Assembly: GCA_044222475.1 (NCBI GenBank)
Contig: JBGANF010000168.1
Span: 1-15,605 of the forward strand
DNA: 15,605 bases
Source of the DNA: Polyangiaceae bacterium
GTDB taxonomy: Bacteria; Myxococcota_A; Polyangia; Polyangiales; Polyangiaceae
Direction: 5' to 3'
The position numbers were made by a program, and so were the translations under genes. This document shows positions 7,030 through 14,030 of this stretch, in pieces (position 1 is the first letter of the stretch; each line of letters begins with the position of its first letter). The notes below the pieces were generated by a model. That model saw nothing but the letters and a program-made list of their open reading frames with translations, was not told the origin of the DNA and ran no database searches.

Positions 7030-8699
7030 GTCATGGGCAAACCAAGCCAGTCAGGGGCAAAGAAATTGGCCGTGGCAGAGAAGCGCGCGAAGGTGTGCGA
7101 GCTCGCCGCCGAGGGCATGACGGAGCGAGAGATCGCCGCCGCGACCGGGATCTCCAAGTCCAGGGTGCACGCGATTCTCGCCGAAGCGCCGACGCTCATC
7201 TTGGCGCCCGCGGTCGAGTCGTTGCGCGCAGCTTCGACGAAGCGGCTCGGCAAGTATCTCGAAGCGCTCGAGCCAGCGACGAAGGCCGGCGAACCGGAAG
7301 CGATCCGAGTGTAGTAGTCGAGTGGCGCGCGATTCGAGCTGTCCATGCGTACCGCGATCGTCAGGTCGGGGTTGAGCCCACGATCGAAGCGCAGTGTCCA
7401 TCGGGGTGTGCCCGACGGCGTGATCTCGCAGCGCGACAGAACGATCGAGACACTGAACTGTCCGTTGACGGTCAGAAGGTCCGTCGCTTCGTCTCGGTCG
7501 ACGACCGCGCCGGCTTGACTCAGGCTTCGCGAAACGTCGTCGACGAGCGCCGGGTAGAGGTTTCGAAGCTGACGGTTCGTCTCGAGGAACGAGTAATCGC
7601 GCTCGGGTGTGTAGCCGACGAGCTCGTAGGCGCGGACGAGGCTTCCGAACCGATAGCGGTAGGACGCTGTCGACGGCATCTCGTCGCGCTCGTCGATGAG
7701 CACGCCGGAGATCTTCCCGTGTTGTTCGAGGATCGACTTCAGCCGACCGAGCATCTCGTCGTTCGAGAGACGTCGATGGCGCGCGAGGATGATGCCGCGC
7801 ACGGTGTGGAACTCGGCGTGGTCGACGATCGGCTCGAACGCTGCTTCGTCGCGGACCCACATCTCGGGCGGATTGTAGACGCGCTTCTTCTTCAGCTTGA
7901 AGGAGATGCGGTTGAACACGTTCTGCCCGATGTACTTCTCGTTCGTCAGGAGCTCGTGCACGGTGCCGCGCGTCCACGCGGAGCCGCGATCCGTTCGAAC
8001 GCCGTCTTCGTTCAACACGCGCGCGATCTCGCGCTCGGTACGTCCCGCCTCTAGGAAGAGACGGTAGACGCGACGAACGGTGGCGACCTCCTCGTCGGGC
8101 CCCGGCACGAGGATCACGCGGTCCGTCTGGATGCTCTTCTTCTCCCCCATCCGAAGAAGACCCTTCCCGTCTCCCTTCTCGTCGACGAGCATTCGTCGGA
8201 GCCCGAACCCCGCGGGTCCACCCTGTCGGTAGCCGAGCTCGATGAGCCGGCACTGGCCTTGGAAGACCTTCGCAGAGAGCTCGCGGCTGTACTCGCCCGC
8301 CATCGCGCGCTTGACCGTCTTCACGATGTTCGACGCGATGCTGCCGTCGTTCTCGAACTGTTCGGCGCAGTACTGGACGGTGATGCCCGCGCGCTTACAG
8401 ATGTACTCGTAGTAGGCGCTCTCGTCGGCGTCTTGGAAGCGGCCCCAGCGGCTCACGTCGTAGACGAGGATCGTGCGGAAGTCGGCGGCTCCGCTCAAGA
8501 CGACGTCGATGAGCTGCTTGAGCGCGTCGCGGCCGTCGATGCGCAGCCCGCTCTTTCCCGCGTCGGCGAAGGTGCGAACAATCTCCAACCCGCGCTTCGC
8601 TGCGTACTCACGGACGACGTCCCCTTGGTTCTCCGTCGAGTACTGCTGATGCTCCGTCGACATGCGGACGTAGATCGCTGCTCGTTTCTCGTGGCTCAT
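6963..8699 (-). CDS. large serine recombinase; native sequence to ~7311 (463 codons), then 115 foreign residues
   Basis: GGAGG RBS. Catalytic YVRMST, ADAGKSG and DVSRWGR motifs; recombinase domain GYRQGGPAGFG and LTNEKYIG. After LDYY the frame reads antisense through the HTH gene and the end of the helicase. Confidence 0.92.
   Translation of the reverse strand: MSHEKRAAIYVRMSTEHQQYSTENQGDVVREYAAKRGLEIVRTFADAGKSGLRIDGRDALKQLIDVVLSGAADFRTILVYDVSRWGRFQDADESAYYEYICKRAGITVQYCAEQFENDGSIASNIVKTVKRAMAGEYSRELSAKVFQGQCRLIELGYRQGGPAGFGLRRMLVDEKGDGKGLLRMGEKKSIQTDRVILVPGPDEEVATVRRVYRLFLEAGRTEREIARVLNEDGVRTDRGSAWTRGTVHELLTNEKYIGQNVFNRISFKLKKKRVYNPPEMWVRDEAAFEPIVDHAEFHTVRGIILARHRRLSNDEMLGRLKSILEQHGKISGVLIDERDEMPSTASYRYRFGSLVRAYELVGYTPERDYSFLETNRQLRNLYPALVDDVSRSLSQAGAVVDRDEATDLLTVNGQFSVSIVLSRCEITPSGTPRWTLRFDRGLNPDLTIAVRMDSSNRAPLDYYTRIASGSPAFVAGSSASRYLPSRFVEAARNDSTAGAKMSVGASARIACTLDLEIPVAAAISRSVMPSAASSHTFARFSATANFFAPDWLGLPMTYCPVPSSSSASIDPSSNSVVT
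7033..7314 (+). pseudogene. HTH protein (small-terminase-like satellite gene), apparently C-terminally truncated
   Basis: HTH motif GMTEREIAAATGISKSRVHAIL. Ends at ...KAGEPEAIRV with a TAG supplied by the recombinase antisense strand. Confidence 0.65.
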
Positions 8700-8714
8700 G
8701 ATCGGCCTCCGCGA

Positions 8715-9194
8715 TCACCGTTGGAGGAAGCGATGCGAGCCTGCGAGGACATGGGTCCCGCGGCGACCACATGCCGTGCAACGCGGTGGTCCCGTGGGCT
8801 TCCACTTGGGTGAATCACGAACGCGTTCGGGCGATCGTGGGGATGAAGTTTCGTCGACATGGATATCCGCCTTCGCGAGGGGGTCATGGGGCCCTCGCGT
8901 GACGAACATGTTCGTCCCCTCGGTTGGGGTGCTTGAAGTCTGATCAGGCGAAATTCGGTCGAGCTTCTTACGGACGTAGGCGTCGCGTTGAGCTCGGCGA
9001 CGACGATCGCGGACGTTGTCGGGCGCGACATACCGGCGACGAGCGCGGCTGATGCTGTCGCGGCGACCCGCAGTGGAGCACTCGCGAGAGCAGTAACGAT
9101 GCCCCCGGAAGCAGTGGGAGCACATCAAGAAGCGCCGGTCGCACGGAGGCCACCGGCAACGGAGGACCAAGAGCGGAACGCCCACCGCCGTCAC
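8715..9194 (-). CDS. Cys-rich zinc-finger protein upstream of the recombinase
   Basis: CRWPPC..CSHC..YCSREC, an Arg-rich helix, and C-terminal CTACG. The stop lies 15 nt before the recombinase start. Confidence 0.75.
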   Translation of the reverse strand: MTAVGVPLLVLRCRWPPCDRRFLMCSHCFRGHRYCSRECSTAGRRDSISRARRRYVAPDNVRDRRRRAQRDAYVRKKLDRISPDQTSSTPTEGTNMFVTRGPHDPLAKADIHVDETSSPRSPERVRDSPKWKPTGPPRCTACGRRGTHVLAGSHRFLQR

Positions 9195-9279
9195 GCGGCG
9201 AGAGTTCCGCGTCCCCGCCGCCGTCGTCTACTTATCGGCGTCCTTTTGTTCCGCCACCGTCAGGTGTCCGTCAGCCGAG

Positions 9280-9888
9280 CTACTTCGCTGGCAGGTTCAA
9301 ACTATCGTGCGCGGTCAGCAGCGCGTTCAGCGTCGCGGGTCCGACCTCGTGCGCGTTTGCGATTTTGGCGATGAACGCCCCCAATCGGACCAGCTTCACC
9401 CGCGCGAATCGATCCAAGGGCACGCCCCGCCGCGCTTCTGGTGCGGACGGTGGCGTCCTGGAGGGCCGAGTGGGTGAGCGGAGAAGGAGAACCCACTTGT
9501 ACGAGGTATCGTCCTCCAACCAGCGCCCCTCGAACGTACGCGCCGTGCCGTCGGCTCGGAGCTCCTTACCGCGGCAACGCCCGCCGACGTCAAGACGGCC
9601 GCCTTCGAACCGCTTGTACGTCCCCACCCACTGCTCGCCACGCTTCTCCATGCGGACGATGTAGGACCAGGACTCGTAGTCGAGGTTCGCCACCAACTCG
9701 GAACCGTCGACGAACGCGGAACGGACCTCCGCGGTACCTTCCTCGTCGTCGTCGTCCTCATGGAAGGCATGCCACTCACTGTACCCATCGTTGAACTCTT
9801 CACGGGACGCGGGTGAGTTCTCGGGCACCGAGGCGGGCGGTTGCTTTGTCTTGGTCGCCTTGGTTGGCCGTCGCCCACGGTTTGCCAT
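9280..9888 (-). CDS. hypothetical protein with beta-rich central domain
   Basis: GAGGG RBS before ATG 9888. Protein-like composition (WSYIVRM, WVGTY, FEGRWLED, YKWVLLL). Confidence 0.6.
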   Translation of the reverse strand: MANRGRRPTKATKTKQPPASVPENSPASREEFNDGYSEWHAFHEDDDDEEGTAEVRSAFVDGSELVANLDYESWSYIVRMEKRGEQWVGTYKRFEGGRLDVGGRCRGKELRADGTARTFEGRWLEDDTSYKWVLLLRSPTRPSRTPPSAPEARRGVPLDRFARVKLVRLGAFIAKIANAHEVGPATLNALLTAHDSLNLPAK

Positions 9889-9994
9889 CGCCCTCGATCC
9901 TCGCTCCATGGGCGTCACGACTCAACTCGCGCAAGAACGCGTCCGGTCGCGGCATAAGAACCTCGAAGGCGCACCTCGCGCCCTGGAGGTTTCC

Positions 9995-10135
9995 ATGTCG
10001 AACAACACCGCTCCTACGCTCATCACTCGCATCCTCTCCAATGAAGCCGCTCGCAAGGGCGTCGCAGCCGCCTTCGCCGGCGTGATCGTTGCAACCGTGG
10101 TCGAACTTTGGAGCGGCGGCACCCAAGGCACGTGA
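9995..10135 (+). CDS. 46-aa single-pass membrane peptide
   Basis: GGAGGT RBS. Hydrophobic stretch GVAAAFAGVIVATVVELW. GTGA overlap with the next ORF. Confidence 0.7.
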   Translation: MSNNTAPTLITRILSNEAARKGVAAAFAGVIVATVVELWSGGTQGT

Positions 10136-10428
10136 TCGTCGATGCGATCGCGTGCGCGCTCGAGTTAGCTCTCCCATCTGCGGCGCGACACCTCGAGCGA
10201 TGGCTGCGCACCGTCGGCCACGCCGTGCGACCTGACCCCGCGATGACGATCCGCACAACCGACGGCGCTGCTCCCACAGGAGTACTCGTCGTCGATCGCG
10301 GTCGCGTTCTCCTCTTCGCGGGGATACGTGAAGCTGCGTCGACCGGGATGCCAGCTCCGCCACGTCGGCCCTCGTTCGATGACGACCTCTGCTTCGAGGA
10401 CTCCGTCTACCGACCCTGGCCTCGATAA
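10132..10428 (+). CDS. hypothetical protein
   Basis: GTGA coupling to the upstream peptide. Ends just before a hairpin. Confidence 0.55.
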   Translation: MIVDAIACALELALPSAARHLERWLRTVGHAVRPDPAMTIRTTDGAAPTGVLVVDRGRVLLFAGIREAASTGMPAPPRRPSFDDDLCFEDSVYRPWPR

Positions 10429-10447
10429 CGTCTCCATCTCTCCACCC

Positions 10448-10488
10448 GAAGGGCACTCGCGTTCGCGCGGGTGCCCTTCTTTCATTTT
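10448..10488 (+). terminator. intrinsic terminator-like hairpin
   Basis: GAAGGGCACTCGCG-TTCG-CGCGGGTGCCCTTC followed by TTTCATTTT. Confidence 0.7.
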
Positions 10489-10497
10489 CGAGGACCC

Positions 10498-10746
10498 ATG
10501 CGTATTCAAGGCCGTCTTCTTCGTCCGTCCACCCTCGCCGAGCGCCGCGTGCTCAAGAGCCTCGGCGTCGACGCACTTCGCGTCCCGCGGCGGCTCAACC
10601 CCTTCGCGGTCGCGCGTCACATTCGCAAGCTCGCCGGTGGGTCCGGGGACTGGGCCCGCCTCCGCCAATCGCTCCGGCTGCCCAAGCCGGCGCCCGAGCT
10701 CCCCGACTCGACGAGCGAGCCGACGGATGCGGTCGTCGCAGCCTGA
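10498..10746 (+). CDS. hypothetical basic protein
   Basis: GAGGA RBS. 82 aa; overlaps the next ORF. Confidence 0.6.
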   Translation: MRIQGRLLRPSTLAERRVLKSLGVDALRVPRRLNPFAVARHIRKLAGGSGDWARLRQSLRLPKPAPELPDSTSEPTDAVVAA

Positions 10747-11371
10747 TCGACTCCGCGAGCTCGTTCGCCTCATGCGGTCACCCGAGCCGGGGAGCAACAA
10801 CCTCGGCTCGTTCGTGGCGACGCACGCGAGCGAGCTCGGCGACGCGCTCGCGACGACGGCAGACGATCTGAAGCTCGCAGCGCAGTGCGACGACGACGAG
10901 GTTCGTCGTCGCATCGGCGCGCGAGTGAAGCGAGCCGTCGAACGTCTGAAGGGAGCGAAGCTCCTCCAGGCATCGCACCGCTCGAGAGCCGCCGCGGACC
11001 TTCTCGCCGAACGCGCTCGATGGGCAGGGCGCGCGGTGGTTCTCGACAGCGATCTCGTCTTGGGCGACTTGCTCGCCGACGCGTCGCACGAGCACATTGG
11101 GTTCGCGCTCTACCTCGGCGAGACCGTCTACGTCGCACGCGCAGTCCTCGTCCGCGCGCGTCTTCTCCGAAGCCTCTTCATCGACGTCGCGTGTTTCGTA
11201 GACGAGAAGGGACTCCACTTCCGTTGGCGAGGCGGTCGCGGCGCTCTGAACCTGAAGCGCCTGGAGCTCAACGGCGCCGAAGCCCGCGACGCGATCGTCG
11301 TCTCGATCCCGTCGTCGCGATCCGGCTCGCATGGATCACCCGCGGCGACGGCGTTCGCGCTCGCGCCATAG
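10727..11371 (+). CDS. hypothetical protein
   Basis: Protein-like sequence from ATG 10727. The upstream part of the 10328 ORF looks like shadow translation. Confidence 0.6.
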   Translation: MRSSQPDRLRELVRLMRSPEPGSNNLGSFVATHASELGDALATTADDLKLAAQCDDDEVRRRIGARVKRAVERLKGAKLLQASHRSRAAADLLAERARWAGRAVVLDSDLVLGDLLADASHEHIGFALYLGETVYVARAVLVRARLLRSLFIDVACFVDEKGLHFRWRGGRGALNLKRLELNGAEARDAIVVSIPSSRSGSHGSPAATAFALAP

Positions 11372-11441
11372 CGAGCTCGCGAACGAATCAACCAGGGCTG
11401 CGCTTCAAGCGCGCCCGCCATCAGCAACTCCAAGGAACCCA

Positions 11442-12521
11442 ATGAATGGTCACACCATCTCTCTGCCCGCGCGCACTCTGCCGCCCCCGCTCTCGACCGC
11501 GCCCGACATGGCCAGCACCTGGGGCGATGTTGAGCTCGACTTCGACACCGCCGCCGATCGCATCGTCCGCGCTCATCGCGACGATGGTCCGGCGCGCGAT
11601 CTCCCGATCCTCGATCTGAAGACGTGGGCGATCGGACCGAAGAATGGAGCGTTCGCCCTCATTCCGCTCGCCGGACATCACCCAGCACGTGCGCTCCGCG
11701 GTGCGGCGTTCAATCACCTGATGACCCGCATCGGTGCGCCCGCTGACTTCCTCCGAAAGCTTCCGGCGCCGCTCCAGCTCGCCACCACGAACTACCTGCT
11801 CACGGAGCACGTCGACAACGCCGCTGCGACGCTTCGCCTTCGCGGTGACGAGGTTTCAGCCGTCGTGTCGGGACGGTACGCGCCGCTCGACCCCGAAGAG
11901 CTGGTCGACACCGTGCGGGCCGCGCTCGTTCGTCACGGTCTTCTCGCCTCGGTCCGTGTTCGCGCCACGGCGTCGGGTCTCGTCGACAACATGCGCCTCG
12001 TCCTCGAGAGCGAGAGCGTCGCCGTGAAGCCCGGCGACGTGACGGCGGTCGGCATCGACATCACGGCGTCGTCGTTCGCGCGTTCAGCGATCCATGTCAG
12101 CCCGGTGCTCTGGCGACTGGTCTGCTCCAACGGTTTGAAGCGTTCTGAGCGACGGACCGGCTTCTCGTTCCGTCACGTCGGTGACGCCCAGCGACTCCGC
12201 GATGGTGTCGCCGAAGCCATTCCGTCTGCGCTCGTGCACGCCCGCGGCGTCATGGACCAGTGGAGGAAGGCGGTGGACTGGATGATGGACGACGTCCTCC
12301 GTCAGGTCGACGAGCTCCGCGACCTCACTGTCGTGGAGCGGAAGAACGTCGAGCACGAGCTTCAGCTCGAAACGGGCTCGCCTGCGCTGCCGGAGCGCGT
12401 GCCGCTCTACGACTTCGTGAACGCGCTCACGGCGTCCGCGAGGCAGGCGACCCCAGCGCGTCGTCTCGAGATCGAGACGATCGCCGGCGACGTCCTTCAA
12501 CAGCAGCTCGGGGGGGCGTGA
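11442..12521 (+). CDS. DUF932 domain protein
   Basis: AAGGA RBS. Motifs AVVSGRYAPL, RLVCSNG, FRHVG and LYDFVNALT. Confidence 0.85.
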   Translation: MNGHTISLPARTLPPPLSTAPDMASTWGDVELDFDTAADRIVRAHRDDGPARDLPILDLKTWAIGPKNGAFALIPLAGHHPARALRGAAFNHLMTRIGAPADFLRKLPAPLQLATTNYLLTEHVDNAAATLRLRGDEVSAVVSGRYAPLDPEELVDTVRAALVRHGLLASVRVRATASGLVDNMRLVLESESVAVKPGDVTAVGIDITASSFARSAIHVSPVLWRLVCSNGLKRSERRTGFSFRHVGDAQRLRDGVAEAIPSALVHARGVMDQWRKAVDWMMDDVLRQVDELRDLTVVERKNVEHELQLETGSPALPERVPLYDFVNALTASARQATPARRLEIETIAGDVLQQQLGGA

Positions 12522-13123
12522 TGAAGCGCGACGTCCTCACGCGACCTTTTCCACCCGAGCTCATCCGTCAACGCCAAGGGCAGGGCGGCAAGACGATCAG
12601 CTACGTCGAGACCCACGCGGTCATCGCCCGGCTGAACGAAGCGGCCGACTTCGAGTGGAGCTTCGAGATCGTCAAGCACGAGATCATGTCCGACGAGGTC
12701 ATCGTGCTCGGCAAGCTCACGCTCGACGGCGTGACGAAGATGGCGTTCGGAGGCAGCACCGTCACCCGTGACGCGGGAGGACGGGACCTCTCGCTCGCGG
12801 ACGATCTGAAAAGCGCGGCGTCTGACGCAACGAAGAAATGCGCATCGCTCTTCGGCATCGGCCTCGAGCTCTACGGCGGAGCGACCGCGGCGACCTCCGT
12901 GCGCGAGCCGCCGCCGCGACAGGAGTCACGCGCCGAGGATCGACTCACGAGCCGTCAACTCGCGGCGATCCAAGCGCACACACGGCGGAAGGGACTCGGT
13001 GGAACCGAGCTCACCGACTTCCTCCGCGATCGAACCGGAAAGCACGAAGTGGCTCTGCTCTCCCGCAAGGAAGCGAGCCGACTCCTCGATGAGCTGACCG
13101 ACGCCAACGGCACCCACCGCTAA
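12521..13123 (+). CDS. Rad52/Rad22-family single-strand annealing protein (Sak-like)
   Basis: TGATG overlap. Motifs LTRPFP, GKTISYV, VIARLN..WSFEI and KSAASDATKKCASLFGIGLELY. Small C-terminal domain (TSRQLAAI...LSRKEASRLLDEL). Confidence 0.9.
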   Translation: MKRDVLTRPFPPELIRQRQGQGGKTISYVETHAVIARLNEAADFEWSFEIVKHEIMSDEVIVLGKLTLDGVTKMAFGGSTVTRDAGGRDLSLADDLKSAASDATKKCASLFGIGLELYGGATAATSVREPPPRQESRAEDRLTSRQLAAIQAHTRRKGLGGTELTDFLRDRTGKHEVALLSRKEASRLLDELTDANGTHR

Positions 13124-13126
13124 CCC

Positions 13127-13168
13127 CGACGACGGAGCGCAGTCCAAGCGGGCTGAGCTCCGTCGTCG
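13127..13168. other. long intergenic hairpin
   Basis: CGACGACGGAGC/GCTCCGTCGTCG outer stem plus CAGTCC/GGGCTG inner stem, AAGC loop, no U tract. Confidence 0.65.
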
Positions 13169-13182
13169 TCCACGAGGTCCCC

Positions 13183-13971
13183 ATGACTACGCTCGCCGAT
13201 CTACGCGCGCTGCCGCACACGTCCATCTCGCAGGTGAGGACGTTCCTCCTTTGCCCGAGGAAGTACTTCCTGCACTACGTCGCGAAGTCGCCGCCAGCGT
13301 GGCGACCGCTTGCGCTCATCTTCGGCTCGGCATGGCACGAGTCGATCGGCGCGCACCTGATCGAGCCGATGTCGGTCGAGGCGCTGCAGGCCGATCTTCG
13401 CGACCGACTCGTTCGGGGCATACGAAGCGATGGACCGCCCGTGCTCTTCGAGGAGGACGCTCAAGATGAAGGGCAGGTCATCGATCTGAGCCTTCGAATG
13501 CTCGCCATCTTCCTCGCCCGCGTGCCTCGTCCCGCGAAGGTCCTCGCGGTCGAATTGCCGTTCGCGCTCGAGCTTGCTCACCCCGTCACCGGCGAGGTGC
13601 TCGATGTGCCGCTCATCGGCGCGATCGATGCGCTCGTCGGCGACGCCGGGACCAAGGTTTGGGAGCTGAAGACCGCGAAGAAGAAGTGGTCTCAGGACCA
13701 GCTCGATTTCGACCTGCAGATGACCGGCTACGGGATGGCGTCGCGCACGTTGGGCTACGACGGTGCGGCGCTCGAGATCCTAGTGACGACCAAAACGAAG
13801 ATCCCGGACGTCCAGGTCACTTCGCTCGTTCGTCACCGCCGAGACGAGAACGAGCTCCTGGCGACTGTCTTCGGCGTCCGGCAGGCGATCGCCGCGGGCG
13901 TCGACTACCCGCTGCGCGGCTGGCAGTGCCGGACGTGCGCTCACGCGGGCGCATGTGGGTCTCGCGCATGA
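13183..13971 (+). CDS. PD-(D/E)XK nuclease (PDDEXK_1, AddB/Cas4-like) with four-Cys cluster motif
   Basis: SISQV..F..CPRKY, FGSAWHE, VELPF, GAIDAL, WELKT, QMTGY, C-terminal CRTCAHAGAC. Confidence 0.9.
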   Translation: MTTLADLRALPHTSISQVRTFLLCPRKYFLHYVAKSPPAWRPLALIFGSAWHESIGAHLIEPMSVEALQADLRDRLVRGIRSDGPPVLFEEDAQDEGQVIDLSLRMLAIFLARVPRPAKVLAVELPFALELAHPVTGEVLDVPLIGAIDALVGDAGTKVWELKTAKKKWSQDQLDFDLQMTGYGMASRTLGYDGAALEILVTTKTKIPDVQVTSLVRHRRDENELLATVFGVRQAIAAGVDYPLRGWQCRTCAHAGACGSRA

Positions 13972-14030
13972 AGTGCGCTCGGGCGTTTCGAAGCACTCGC
14001 TTGGTCTATGGTTCGGCGGAGGCATCCAGC

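Larger units (their letters stand above)
2274..7310 (+). mobile_element. tRNA-Arg-integrated phage satellite / PICI-like element (left part; interrupted at ~7310)
   Basis: att fragment followed by a co-directional, partly translationally coupled set of genes: HTHs, Nu1/Xis-like protein, Prim-Pol, P4/D5 helicase, ori-like inverted repeats. No capsid, tail or integrase gene in this stretch. Confidence 0.75.

Noticed and set aside
13183..13971. Cas4 as part of a CRISPR-Cas system
   Set aside because: No repeat-spacer array, cas1 or cas2 was seen. The context fits a recombination exonuclease.
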